64,000 nt of DNA, taken from positions 160,001 to 224,000 of the forward strand of contig JBJOMY010000003.1 in NCBI GenBank assembly GCA_046052125.1, read 5' to 3'. Shown here in pieces: positions 42,301 through 52,250 of the stretch (the stretch's first letter is position 1; each line of letters begins with the position of its first letter). Position numbers and translations under genes: made by a program. The notes beneath the pieces were generated by a model, which did not search any database, was not told the origin of the DNA, and worked only from the letters and a program-made list of their open reading frames with translations. The stretch comes from Cyanobacteriota bacterium (GTDB taxonomy: Bacteria; Cyanobacteriota; Cyanobacteriia; PCC-6307; Cyanobiaceae).

Positions 42301-43032
42301 TCAAAGAACGCCTGCGGCGGGCATGAGGGTGGCATCCTCCACGATCTGGGAGGAGGGTTGCTGGGCCAGGGACAACAGAGCCTCGGCCACGCGTTCTGGG
42401 GAGAGCATGGCACGGCGATCAAACGAACTGTGGACGGTTTCGCTGTCCCAAAGAGGTGTATTGACCGCACCCAGGGTGAGCGTGGACACCCGGATGCCGT
42501 GCTGCCGCTCCTCCTCGGCTAAACAGCGGCTGAAGGAGGCCAGGGCTGCCTTGCTGGTGCAGTAAGCGCCCCAGTCGGGGAAGGCGTTGCGGGCGGCGTG
42601 GCTGCTCACATTGATGATCTGCCCGCCGCACTCCCGTAGGCCGGGCAGCACCGCCTGGCACACCTGAAACACGCTGGTGAGATTGAGCTGCATCAGCCAC
42701 TGCCAGCGCTCAATCGGCATCTCCGCCAGGCTGCCGGTGTAGGCAGCGCCGGCGTTGTTGATCACCACGGTGGGCTGCAATCCACGCCCCAGCAGCGCCT
42801 GAAGCCCAGCGGCGACGCCGGAGGGCTCCGCCAGATCGATGGCCGCGGTTTCCACGCGCCGGCCGCTGCTCCGCAGCTCGCCGGCTAGCTGCTCGAGGGT
42901 CTCGCTGGAGCGAGCCACCAGCAGCAGATCGAAACCGGCTGCGGCGAACGCGCGTGCGGTGGCCGCACCAATGCCCCGAGAGGCACCGGTGATCAGGGCG
43001 GTGGGCTGGCCGTTGGCTGGGTTGGCGCTCAA
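42301..43032 (-). CDS. SDR family oxidoreductase
   Basis: TGASRGIG, NNAG, YCTSK. Confidence 0.9.
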   Translation of the reverse strand: MSANPANGQPTALITGASRGIGAATARAFAAAGFDLLLVARSSETLEQLAGELRSSGRRVETAAIDLAEPSGVAAGLQALLGRGLQPTVVINNAGAAYTGSLAEMPIERWQWLMQLNLTSVFQVCQAVLPGLRECGGQIINVSSHAARNAFPDWGAYCTSKAALASFSRCLAEEERQHGIRVSTLTLGAVNTPLWDSETVHSSFDRRAMLSPERVAEALLSLAQQPSSQIVEDATLMPAAGVL

Positions 43033-43077
43033 GGGGGAAGGACCACCCGCCGGCCGTCCAGGAAACGAAAGGAAACC

Positions 43078-44067
43078 TTAAGAGCTCAGGCTGGCGTCCT
43101 GTTGGCCGGCCTCGAGGAAGCGGCCCATGCGCCGGAACTTGGCGTAGCGCTGATCGATCAGCTCGCTCTCGCTCAGGGCTTGGAGCTCACCCAGATGGCG
43201 CAGCAGCGCCGCCTTCAGGGATTCGGCTGCCTGGCGGGGTGCCCAGTGGTTGCCACCGGAGGGTTCGCTGATGATGTCGTCGATGATGCCGAGCTTCTGC
43301 AGATCCGGGGCGGTGATCTTCAGCGCTTCGGCTGCCACGGGGGCTTTGGCGGCATCGCGCCAGAGGATCGAGGCGCAAGCTTCAGGGCTGGCCACGGTGT
43401 AAACGCTGTGCTGGAACATCAGCAGGCGATCGGCCACGCCGATGCCCAGGGCACCGCCGGAGCCGCCTTCACCGATCACGGTGGCCACGATCGGCACCCG
43501 CAGCCGGAACATCTCGCGCAGGTTCACGGCGATCGCCTCACCCTGGCCCTGCTCCTCAGCGGTGAGGCCGGCGTAGGCGCCCGGGGTGTCGATGAACGAG
43601 AAGATCGGTAGCCGGAAGCGATCGGCGTGCTCCATCAGGCGCATTGCCTTGCGGTAGCCGCCGGGGGAGGCCATGCCGAAGTTGCGGGCCACGTTCTCCT
43701 TGGTGTCGCGCCCCTTCTGGTGGCCCAGCAGCACCACGCCCTGATCGCCGATGCGGCCCACGCCGCCCACCAGCGCCTGGTCATCGCTGCCGCGGCGGTC
43801 GCCGTGCATCTCGATGAACTCGTCGGTGAGCACCTGGATGTAGTCGAGGGTGCTCGGGCGCTGCGGATGCCGCGCCACCTGAATCTTCTGGGCCGGGCTG
43901 AGGTTGGAGAAGATCTCTTCGCGCCGCCGGGCCGCCAGGGTTTCCAGCTGCAGCAGCTGCTGGCTCACATCCACTTCGGAATCTTTGGCCAGTTGCCGGA
44001 TCTGCTCGATCTGCTCCTCCAGCTCCACCAGAGGTTTCTCGAAATCAAGCAAGGGGCGACGGGCCAT
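43078..44067 (-). CDS. accA: Acetyl-CoA carboxylase carboxyltransferase alpha subunit
   Basis: [30 protein letters not shown]. Confidence 0.97.
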   Translation of the reverse strand: MARRPLLDFEKPLVELEEQIEQIRQLAKDSEVDVSQQLLQLETLAARRREEIFSNLSPAQKIQVARHPQRPSTLDYIQVLTDEFIEMHGDRRGSDDQALVGGVGRIGDQGVVLLGHQKGRDTKENVARNFGMASPGGYRKAMRLMEHADRFRLPIFSFIDTPGAYAGLTAEEQGQGEAIAVNLREMFRLRVPIVATVIGEGGSGGALGIGVADRLLMFQHSVYTVASPEACASILWRDAAKAPVAAEALKITAPDLQKLGIIDDIISEPSGGNHWAPRQAAESLKAALLRHLGELQALSESELIDQRYAKFRRMGRFLEAGQQDASLSS

Positions 44068-44112
44068 GGCAGCAGGAGAGGGGCTGAGGCTGGGGCTGAT
44101 CTTCGGGGCTGA

Positions 44113-45177
44113 TCAGGCGGCGGCGAGCTCGAGGCCGCCCTGGGCGGCGCTGAGTTGGGCAGGGCTGAGACCGATGGCCTGGAAACCGTGGCGCAGCGAG
44201 GCTTCACCGATCAGTTCCATGTTGGCCAGCGAGATGTTGTTGCGCCCCCAGCTGAAGTTTGTGTGGATTCCCTCAAATTCCAGCAGCATTGCTTCGGCAA
44301 AGCAAGCGAAAAGCTGGCGCTTGGGGTTTTCCATCTCGGCCACTTCCATCATCTGCCAGCCGATGTCCTGCCAGAACTCCACGATCCCGCCCTTGAGCAC
44401 GTGCACCCCATCGCCGGCCACCTTGGCGTCGAGGTTCTTGGGGTAGCCGCCATCGATCATCAAGCAGGGCTTGCGCAGGCTGTCGTGGTCGATGCTCAGG
44501 GTCTGGGGAAGACTGGCCACCCACACCACCACATCGGCCTGGGGCAGAGCCTCTTCCAGGCTGAGGATCGTGCCGCCGCCCAGGGAGGTTTGCAGATCCT
44601 GGAGGCGCTGTTGCTGACGGGCCACCAGCAGCAGTTCGCCCACGCCGGTTTTCTGGTTCAGCCAGCGGCAGACGGCGCTGCCGATGTCGCCCGTGGCGCC
44701 CACCACGGCCACCTTGGCTCGGCTCAGATCGATGCCGAGCTGGGGGGCGTTGCGCTCCACCTGCTGGCAGATCACCCAGGCGGTGTGGGTGTTGCCGGTG
44801 GTGAACCGCTCCCACTCCAGGGTGGTGTTGCGGATCTGCTGGAACTTCGAGAGGTCGTAGTTCTCGAAAATGATCGAGGTGAAGCCCCCCAGGGCGGTCA
44901 CGTTGATGCCGTTTTTCTGCGCCATTTCCATGGCGTTCTGCACCTTGCGCGTTGCCGTTTTGAAGCGGCTCAGCATCTCCGGCACGAAGCAGGAGTCGAT
45001 GTAGGTTCCTTCGATCGTTTTACCGGTGCGGCTGGTCACCTTGAAGGTTTCCAGCAGCTGAGGCGGTGCGGAGCACCAGGCGATCATGTCGGCTTCAGCC
45101 ATCTCCTCGAGACCCAGCTCTCGGGCCTTCTCCTGGGCCTGGGCGAAGCTGCTGGAGTGACCGATCAGACCGAACAT
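44113..45177 (-). CDS. aar: Long-chain acyl-ACP reductase (alkane biosynthesis)
   Basis: [37 protein letters not shown]. Confidence 0.96.
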   Translation of the reverse strand: MFGLIGHSSSFAQAQEKARELGLEEMAEADMIAWCSAPPQLLETFKVTSRTGKTIEGTYIDSCFVPEMLSRFKTATRKVQNAMEMAQKNGINVTALGGFTSIIFENYDLSKFQQIRNTTLEWERFTTGNTHTAWVICQQVERNAPQLGIDLSRAKVAVVGATGDIGSAVCRWLNQKTGVGELLLVARQQQRLQDLQTSLGGGTILSLEEALPQADVVVWVASLPQTLSIDHDSLRKPCLMIDGGYPKNLDAKVAGDGVHVLKGGIVEFWQDIGWQMMEVAEMENPKRQLFACFAEAMLLEFEGIHTNFSWGRNNISLANMELIGEASLRHGFQAIGLSPAQLSAAQGGLELAAA

Positions 45178-45256
45178 GCGTGGAGTTGCTCCTGGTGACA
45201 CACCGGCCGTGATGTCACCCGATTAAAGGGCAACGCCGGTTTGGGGCTGGAGTGGA

Positions 45257-45970
45257 TCAGCCCACCAGGGCGGCAGCAGCCATGCGCGCGATTTCGCGGG
45301 TGCTGAAGCCGATTTCGGTGAGGGCTTCCTGGTAGGCGATCAGGAAGTCTTCGATCAGGTCTTCCTTATCCATGTGCAGCACGGCGGCGTCGCCGGCCAC
45401 CTGATCGAGCATGCGACGGATCAGGGGCAGGTTGTCGCGGTTGGCCTGCTCCAGCTCCTCACGGCAGCTGTCGAGGTTGGCCTTGAGCCACTCCTGGCCG
45501 TAGTTGAGGTGGGTGTATTCGTCTTTCACCACGCCCTCGGTGATCTTGCGGGCGAAGGGATCGGCAACAGGGATATAGATGTGATATGCCGAGATGGCGA
45601 AGGCTTCGATCAGCAGGGCCTGGATCAGCAGGCAGGTGGGCACCTTGCCGGCGGCCAGGGCGGTGGTGAAGTTGTTGTGCAGAGGAGCGAAGAACTCCTT
45701 GGCGAAAGGCATATCGGCCTGCACGCCGAGGTTGTTGGCACAGGCGGTGAAGCCCTTCATGTGCTTCAGCTCCATCCGGGCCAGCTTGGTGAGCTCTTCG
45801 GCCTGGTCGGGAAGCAGGGTGCCGATGGCAATGTAGTTGTCGTGCGCTTCCTGTTCGCCTTCGATCACGATCGCGTTGATGCGGCTGTAGGCGTCCTTGT
45901 AGGCCTCGGTGGTGAAGTCGGGCAGGTTGGCGGCTGCTGCGCAGAGGTCCGGGGCTTCAAGGGTCGCCAT
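45257..45970 (-). CDS. ado: Aldehyde deformylating oxygenase
   Basis: [40 protein letters not shown]. Confidence 0.96.
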   Translation of the reverse strand: MATLEAPDLCAAAANLPDFTTEAYKDAYSRINAIVIEGEQEAHDNYIAIGTLLPDQAEELTKLARMELKHMKGFTACANNLGVQADMPFAKEFFAPLHNNFTTALAAGKVPTCLLIQALLIEAFAISAYHIYIPVADPFARKITEGVVKDEYTHLNYGQEWLKANLDSCREELEQANRDNLPLIRRMLDQVAGDAAVLHMDKEDLIEDFLIAYQEALTEIGFSTREIARMAAAALVG

Positions 45971-46071
45971 GGCTACCTGGTACACATCGCAATGGAATCG
46001 ACTGTAACCATCTGCAGCGGTTCTAGTTGGGGTTCTGAAAGCTTTTGAGCACCGACTGATGCAGCGCGCCC

Positions 46072-46875
46072 TCACCCCCTTGGCGGCCAGGTGCTGGTGA
46101 GCAGGTTCTCGAGCAGCAGCTGCCAGCCCTGCACCAGTCGCTGCTCGAGCAGCGCCCCCAGCTCGGCGTTGGCGCCGCGGCTGTCGCCCACCACGCCCGT
46201 GCTGGAGAGATCTGCGGTGAGCCAGGCGTTGGGCACGGCGCCTTCGAGGCTCCAACCCGGCGGTGGCGGCTCCGGCAGCGCACCATCCACCGGTCGCTCC
46301 TCCGCCACCAGCTCCGGCGCCAGCTGCAGCATCAGGCTGGTTTCCGCCAGGCCCGCGTGGAGCCCCTGGCTGCGTTCCGGTTCCGGCAACAGTTCGGCCA
46401 CTCCGCTGGGGCCACTCCAGAGGAAGCAGGGCAGCACGGCCATCGCTGGCCGGCTGGCCCGCAGCTGGCGAGCGGCCACCTGCAGGAGTGCGATCTGGCC
46501 GCCGTGGGCGTTGAACAGCACCAAGCGCTCGAACCCCGCGTCCGCCAGCTGGCTGCCGATGCAGGTGATCTGGCTGATCAGCAGCTCCGCCGGCAGGCTC
46601 AGCGTGCCTTTGAAGCTCTGGTGTTCCGGCGAGAAGCCCAGGCTCTGCAGCGGCAGCCGCCAGATGGGCCGTTCCGCCGGCAGCCCCGCCAGCACCTGAT
46701 CGAGCAGTCGCTCTGCAAAGAGGGCGTCGGTGCCGAGCGGCAGCTGCGGCCCGTGCTGTTCGAAGGCGCCGAAGGGCCACACCACGGTGCTGCCGCTTTG
46801 GGCCGCCGCCTGCTGCAGCTGCGGCCACGACAGCTCTTCCAAGCGACGCGTGCCGGATCCGCTGGTTGACGCCAT
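46072..46875 (-). CDS. Creatininase family protein
   Basis: [27 protein letters not shown]. Confidence 0.9.
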   Translation of the reverse strand: MASTSGSGTRRLEELSWPQLQQAAAQSGSTVVWPFGAFEQHGPQLPLGTDALFAERLLDQVLAGLPAERPIWRLPLQSLGFSPEHQSFKGTLSLPAELLISQITCIGSQLADAGFERLVLFNAHGGQIALLQVAARQLRASRPAMAVLPCFLWSGPSGVAELLPEPERSQGLHAGLAETSLMLQLAPELVAEERPVDGALPEPPPPGWSLEGAVPNAWLTADLSSTGVVGDSRGANAELGALLEQRLVQGWQLLLENLLTSTWPPRG

Positions 46876-46935
46876 GGGCGGAGAAAGCAGAGAGGGGCCT
46901 GCCTACAGTGTGGAGCTGTGTGTTTGTGCTTGTTC

Positions 46936-48294
46936 ATGGCCGGTACCGGCAACCAGCAGCCCTCCCAGCCTTCGGCCAAGCAAGCCCAGTCGCCGCGCCC
47001 TGTTCCGCCGGCGTCCCCGCGTCCTCCGGCGGGAGCTGCGCCGGTGCGCAAGCCGCCTCAGGTGCTGCAGATCAATAAAAAGGAAGAGCAGCTGAAGCTC
47101 GAGCGTGAAGCCGCTGAAGCGCGCGCCGCCGCCGAAGCCGCCGCCCAGCGGGCCAACGAGCTCGAGAACGCCGTGCGCGCCTCCCGTGGTGAAGCGCCCG
47201 TGGCTCCCCAGCGCCCCGCTGCTCCCACCGCCCCTGCTCGTCCCGCCACGGGCGACGACGACCTGTTCGACATGAGCGGCTTTGAGGGCCTCTCGATGGC
47301 CGATCTGCTCGGACCAGATGACAAGGGCAAGCGCCGATCCGGCGGTTCGCGCATGGCGCCCCCTCAGCCCGAGCGCGCCGCTGCTGTGCCGGCCCGCACG
47401 GTGGACGACTTTGATTTCGACGCTGATGCCTTCCTCGCTGCTCTTGATGAGCAGGAGTTTGTGGGCACCACCGGCGAGGTGGCCATCGGCACGGTGGTGG
47501 GCCTCGAGAGCGATGGCGTGTATGTGGATATCGGTGGCAAGGCTCCGGGCTTCATGCCCAAGAAGGAGGCTGGCCTGGGGGTGATCACCAACCTCAAGGA
47601 GCGCTTCCCCCGCGGCACCCAGGTGGAAGTGCTCGTGACCCGCGAGCAGAACGCCGACGGCATGGTGACCGTGAGCGCCCGCGCCCTGGCCCTGCGCCAA
47701 AGCTGGGAGAAGGTGCGCCTGCTCGAGAAGGAGGGCAAGGTGCTGCAGGTGAAGGTGAACGGCTTCAACCGCGGCGGTGTGACCGCCGATGTGGAGGGCC
47801 TGCGCGGCTTCATCCCCCGCTCCCAGCTGCAGGAGGGTGAGAACCACGAAGCGTTGGTGGGCAAAACTCTCGGCGTCGCCTTCCTGGAGGTGAACCCCGA
47901 AACCCGCAAGTTGGTGCTCTCCGAGAAGAAAGCGGCCACCGCCGCCATCTTCCAGAACCTGGAGGTGGGTCAGCTGGTGGAAGGCCAGGTGGTGTCGATC
48001 AAGCCCTACGGCCTGTTCGTGGATCTCGGCGGCATCAGTGGCCTGCTGCACCAATCGGTGATCACCGGCGGCCAGATGCGCGACATGCGCGAGGTGTTCG
48101 GCCAGGGCGATCGCGTGAAGGCCCTGATCACCGAGCTCGATCCCGGCCGCGGCCGCATCGCTCTGAACACCGCCCTGCTGGAGGGTCAGCCCGGTGAGCT
48201 GCTGATCGATCGCGACAAGGTGATGGCCGAAGCCGCCGATCGGGCCAACCGTGCTCGTAGCGTGCTGCGCCAGCAGGAACAGAGCGCCGGATGA
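46936..48294 (+). CDS. 30S ribosomal protein S1 paralog (three S1 domains, Pro/Ala-rich N-terminus)
   Basis: YVDIGGKAPGF, LRGFIPRSQL, FVDLGGISGLLH. Confidence 0.88.
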   Translation: MAGTGNQQPSQPSAKQAQSPRPVPPASPRPPAGAAPVRKPPQVLQINKKEEQLKLEREAAEARAAAEAAAQRANELENAVRASRGEAPVAPQRPAAPTAPARPATGDDDLFDMSGFEGLSMADLLGPDDKGKRRSGGSRMAPPQPERAAAVPARTVDDFDFDADAFLAALDEQEFVGTTGEVAIGTVVGLESDGVYVDIGGKAPGFMPKKEAGLGVITNLKERFPRGTQVEVLVTREQNADGMVTVSARALALRQSWEKVRLLEKEGKVLQVKVNGFNRGGVTADVEGLRGFIPRSQLQEGENHEALVGKTLGVAFLEVNPETRKLVLSEKKAATAAIFQNLEVGQLVEGQVVSIKPYGLFVDLGGISGLLHQSVITGGQMRDMREVFGQGDRVKALITELDPGRGRIALNTALLEGQPGELLIDRDKVMAEAADRANRARSVLRQQEQSAG

Positions 48295-49220
48295 GTCAGG
48301 CCACCGAGGAAGCGCGTCCGAACACCGGGCGCGTGCCCTCTCCTTCCCCGGATCTCCTGCAGGCCGATTGGGAACTCGACTACTACTCCCGGCCGATCCT
48401 TGAGCCCGATGGCAAGAAGCGCTGGGAGTTGCTGATCTGCAGCACCCCGGTTCCCGGATCGGATCGTTCGGGCTTCCGCTTCCTGCTGCAGTGCCCGGCT
48501 TCCAGCGTGAATTCCCAGTGGCTACGACAGTCGCTGGAGCAAGCGATCGAACAGGCGGCGGCTGAAGGTTTTGCGGCGCCCCGCAAGCTGCGCTGCTGGC
48601 GGGCCTCGATGCGCACGATGGTGCAGCGCGCTGCCGAGGGGCTTGGCCTGGAGTTGATCCCCAGCCGCCGCTGCTACGCCCTGGTGGAGTGGCTGCAGGA
48701 GCGTCAGCTCACGGTGTATCCAGCCGAAGAGGGCTACATGGCCGGCCCGCTGGCCCCGGCTCCTCTGCCGATTCAGCCCGTGGCCGTGCCCCTGCCGGAG
48801 GCCGCCCGCGGCGATAGCTGGAGCTGGGCCTCGCTGCCGCTGGGTGCCTTGCGCGAAGCGGCCGAGTGGGACGTGAGCTTTGCCGGCCTGGTGCCGCTGG
48901 ATCAAGTCGGTTCGGATGAGGCGATGGTGAGCGGGTTGCGCTTGTTCAGCAGCACCCGCTCCCTGGCGATTGCCGGCTGGCTGGCTGGGCTTGAGCCGGT
49001 GCGCCTGGAGGTGAGTGGACAACAGCTGGTGCTGGAGGCCGGCCTGGAGGATCGTTGGCTCCTGGGCAACCTGGAGGCTGAAGAGGCCGAAGCCGCGGCC
49101 CAGGCGTTCCGAGCCGCCCGCGAGCAGGTGGCTGGTGTGCAGTTCCTGGCGGTGCAGAGCAGCGAAAACCAGAACGGTTTCGATGGCTTCTGGGTGCTGC
49201 GCGATCTCCCGGATGCCTAG
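48291..49220 (+). CDS. Tab2/Atab2 family RNA-binding protein
   Basis: WELDYYSRP...GKKRWELLIC, VNSQWL, FDGFWVL. Confidence 0.9.
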   Translation: MSQATEEARPNTGRVPSPSPDLLQADWELDYYSRPILEPDGKKRWELLICSTPVPGSDRSGFRFLLQCPASSVNSQWLRQSLEQAIEQAAAEGFAAPRKLRCWRASMRTMVQRAAEGLGLELIPSRRCYALVEWLQERQLTVYPAEEGYMAGPLAPAPLPIQPVAVPLPEAARGDSWSWASLPLGALREAAEWDVSFAGLVPLDQVGSDEAMVSGLRLFSSTRSLAIAGWLAGLEPVRLEVSGQQLVLEAGLEDRWLLGNLEAEEAEAAAQAFRAAREQVAGVQFLAVQSSENQNGFDGFWVLRDLPDA

Positions 49221-49231
49221 GCCGCTTCGCC

Positions 49232-50047
49232 ATGGCTGAAGCCGTTGATCCCCCGTTCGATCGGCAGGATGCCCAGTTCAACTTGCTGGAGGGGTGGACC
49301 TGGGTGGGCTGCTACGGCGGTTACTACCTCCAGGCCGATCTGCTCGAGCGGTTTGAGCACGGCTTCTTCACCCGCCAGTGGCAGGGGCGAGTTCCGGAGG
49401 TGCTGGCGGGCTATGTGAGTGGTGGCGTGAGCGTGCACCGCCCGAAGCAGGTGCACAGCGCCCTGGTGCTGCCAGCCAGTGCCGCCAGCGCTGAGCCTTG
49501 GCCGGAGGCCGATGGGTTGGTGAGTGATGCCGGCGGCCAGAGCCTGTGGGTGTGCGGCGCTGATTGCACGCCGGTGCTGATCGCCGATCCCGCGAGCGGC
49601 CGGGTGGCGGCTTGCCATGCGGGCTGGCGCGGCGTGGCGGGGGGGATCTTGCTGGAGGCGATCCAGCAATTGGAAGCCGCTGGCTGCCGACGGCAGGAGC
49701 TGCTGGTGGCCCTAGGCCCTGCCGTGAGCGGTGCCAACTACCAAGTGGAGCGCAGCGTGGCCGAGCAGCTGGCCGCTTCCCTGCCGGAGCAAGCCGATCA
49801 GGCCGCCGCTTGGCGTGAGCTGGAGGCCTGCGGGGCGCTGAGCCCCGATCCCGAACCCGGCCGCTGCCGCCTCGACATTCGCGCCGCCACCCGCCGGCAG
49901 CTGGAGCTCGCCGGGGTGCCGGCAGAGCAGATCACCGTGTGCCCGCTCTGCACCGTGAACGAAGAGCTGCTGTTCCATTCCTGGCGGCGCGATCAGGTGA
50001 AAGCCGTGCAGTGGAGCGGCATCGTTTCGCAACAGTTGCCGGAGTAG
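49232..50047 (+). CDS. pgeF: PgeF/YfiH (DUF152) family protein
   Basis: HGFFTR, QVH, ADC, HAGWRG, LGPA, SWRR. Confidence 0.88.
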   Translation: MAEAVDPPFDRQDAQFNLLEGWTWVGCYGGYYLQADLLERFEHGFFTRQWQGRVPEVLAGYVSGGVSVHRPKQVHSALVLPASAASAEPWPEADGLVSDAGGQSLWVCGADCTPVLIADPASGRVAACHAGWRGVAGGILLEAIQQLEAAGCRRQELLVALGPAVSGANYQVERSVAEQLAASLPEQADQAAAWRELEACGALSPDPEPGRCRLDIRAATRRQLELAGVPAEQITVCPLCTVNEELLFHSWRRDQVKAVQWSGIVSQQLPE

Positions 50048-50053
50048 GAACGC

Positions 50054-51790
50054 TCAAGCAAGCTCGATGCCCAGATCCAGGCTCAGCTGGCCTGGGCTCG
50101 GTTCCCGCCGGCGTGCGCTGCGGGCTCGGGGTTGTTGGTTGGCTTGTTTGGAAGCGCTGCCGCCGCGGTTGTTGTTGCTGCCGCTGAACCAGCTCATCAG
50201 GGCGCGCCAGCCCCCCGGATCGAGCCGCTCCAGATCCACGGCGCTGGGCTGCAGTTCGGCTGGTGAGCGGCTGGCCCACACATTCGCCCAGGCCACATCC
50301 GCCTGGGCGATGCGCTGGTAGCCGAAGGGGTGCAGATGGCTCGGCAAGCGCGCCATCACGGCTTTCACATCACCGATCTGGAGCCGTTGCTGCTCCAGCA
50401 ACTCCAACCGCCTCTTGCGAGCGCTTTCGTAATCGAGCACCGGTGCCGGGTAGTCGGCCATGGCCGGCGGTGCCCCCAGCTGGTCGTTGGTGAGGCCCCG
50501 CAGCTCCGGTAGCCAGCGCCGAATGAACAACCCCTGCGGATCGCAGCGATCCACCGCCACCTGGCCGGGGTGGTAGATCCGTGTCCAGGCCTTGGATCCG
50601 TGGTAAGTCACGCCGGCCTGCATCGCCCATTGGTAGTGATCGATCGGGCAGTCGCCATCGATCAGGTGGCGCATGTAGTGCAGCGCTCCGAAGCGCCAGT
50701 CGATGCCGCAGAGGTTGCTCAGAAAGCTGGCGTAGATCGCTCGGCTGCGGAAGTTGAGCTCCAGCCAGCCGCCTTCCGCCTGAAGGCAGCGGGCCGCCGC
50801 ATCCACGATCGGGAACCCGGTGCGCCCCGCGCTCCAGGCGGCATAGAGCTCCTCCTGTTCGTCGCTGAGGCTGGCGGCGTTGCCGTTGGGATCATCAAAG
50901 CTGTTCCACAGGGCGCTGAGTTCGAGCTGCGGCAGGTAGCGGAAGCGCTGATGGATGGCACAGCCCCAGCGCAGACGGCTGGCCAGCTGCAGCGCGCTGC
51001 GGCTGCGCGGTTCGCGGCCACGGCCTTGGCCGGCCTGGGGCAGGAGCCATGCCAGCCGTTGCAGGCACTGGCGCGGGCTGATCACCCCGAATTTCAAATA
51101 GGGGCTCAGTCCGGTGGTGACGCGGGCTGAGGGATAACTGAGCTCCCAGTAGTAGGTGCGTGAAGCGGCTCCTTCGCAGAACTGCTCGAGGCGTTCGAGG
51201 GCCGCGGCGCTGCCCCCTGGTGGGATCGGTTTGCTGTCGGCTTGAAGGCCGAGATCCTCCAGGCTGGGCACCGGCAGATCCGGCAGGGCGCTGGAGGCTG
51301 GCGGCACCACGACGCGATCGGGGGCCGGCAGGGCGGGGCTGGCCATGGTCTGATGCCACTGGCGGCTCCAGGCGCTGTAGGTCAGCAGCTCACCGGTGGC
51401 CCCGGCCGGTTCCACCCAGCGCAGGGGAACGCCGGCCGCGGCCAAGGCCTTGCTCACCCGGGCATCGCGCACCCGGCCCACTAGCCGCTCACTGTCGGTG
51501 TGGGCGATCACGCTATCGGCGCCGCTGGCGCGCACCAGCTTCAGTAACTCCTGGGCCGGTTCGCCGTAGCGAATCAGCAGGCGACCACCCCGCTGGCGGA
51601 GGTCGCGATCCAGCGCTTTGAGGCTCGCGAGCATGAAGGCCACCCGCGCCACGGCTGTTTCCGGGTGAAACAGCAGATCGCGATCCAACACAAACACCGG
51701 CAGCACAGCTCCACGCCGGCTGGCTTCGCTGAGGGCCGCGTGGTCGGCGAGGCGTAGATCGCGCCTGAACCAAACCACCGTGCACGCCAT
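50054..51790 (-). CDS. Cryptochrome/photolyase family protein with C-terminal extension
   Basis: WFRRDLRLADH, LSPYLKFG, GRTGFPIVDA, FIRRWLPEL. Confidence 0.88.
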   Translation of the reverse strand: MACTVVWFRRDLRLADHAALSEASRRGAVLPVFVLDRDLLFHPETAVARVAFMLASLKALDRDLRQRGGRLLIRYGEPAQELLKLVRASGADSVIAHTDSERLVGRVRDARVSKALAAAGVPLRWVEPAGATGELLTYSAWSRQWHQTMASPALPAPDRVVVPPASSALPDLPVPSLEDLGLQADSKPIPPGGSAAALERLEQFCEGAASRTYYWELSYPSARVTTGLSPYLKFGVISPRQCLQRLAWLLPQAGQGRGREPRSRSALQLASRLRWGCAIHQRFRYLPQLELSALWNSFDDPNGNAASLSDEQEELYAAWSAGRTGFPIVDAAARCLQAEGGWLELNFRSRAIYASFLSNLCGIDWRFGALHYMRHLIDGDCPIDHYQWAMQAGVTYHGSKAWTRIYHPGQVAVDRCDPQGLFIRRWLPELRGLTNDQLGAPPAMADYPAPVLDYESARKRRLELLEQQRLQIGDVKAVMARLPSHLHPFGYQRIAQADVAWANVWASRSPAELQPSAVDLERLDPGGWRALMSWFSGSNNNRGGSASKQANQQPRARSARRREPSPGQLSLDLGIELA

Positions 51791-51884
51791 GGTGCTGTTC
51801 TGCGTTGGTCAGATGGGCGTTCAGTCTCGTTGCTTCGCTTCCGTTACGGTGCGATAATGCGTTTGTTGCATAACTGACAAACAG

Positions 51885-52250
51885 ATGCTCACAGGAGCAG
51901 ACCTACTCACCAAGGTCAAAGAGCTTGGTGATGCCAGCAAGTCCGACATCGTTCGTGCTTGCGGCTATGTGTCCACGAAGAAGGACGGCTCTGAGCGTCT
52001 CAACTTCACCGCGTTCTACGAAGCTCTTCTCAACGCCAAAGGCGTGGAGTTTGGTGGTGCCACCGGCAAGGTGGGTAAAGGCGGCCGCAAACTCAGCTTC
52101 ACCACCAAGGTGCAGTTCAACGGCAACTTGATGGTGGGCAAGGCCTACACCGCTCTGCTCGACCTCAAACCCGGCGACGAGTTTGAAATCAAGCTGGGTC
52201 GCAAGCAGATTCGTTTGGCACCGCTGGGTGCTGCTGACGAAGAAGAGTGA
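51885..52250 (+). CDS. Cyanobacterial AbrB-like transcriptional regulator
   Basis: CGY, FYEALL, NGNLMVGKAY, PGDEFEIKLGRK. Confidence 0.9.
   Translation: MLTGADLLTKVKELGDASKSDIVRACGYVSTKKDGSERLNFTAFYEALLNAKGVEFGGATGKVGKGGRKLSFTTKVQFNGNLMVGKAYTALLDLKPGDEFEIKLGRKQIRLAPLGAADEEE

Noticed and set aside
45257..46828. 523-aa ORF suggesting an N-terminally extended ADO fusion
   Set aside because: The upstream part is an alternative frame over the creatininase gene; ADO starts at ATG 45970.
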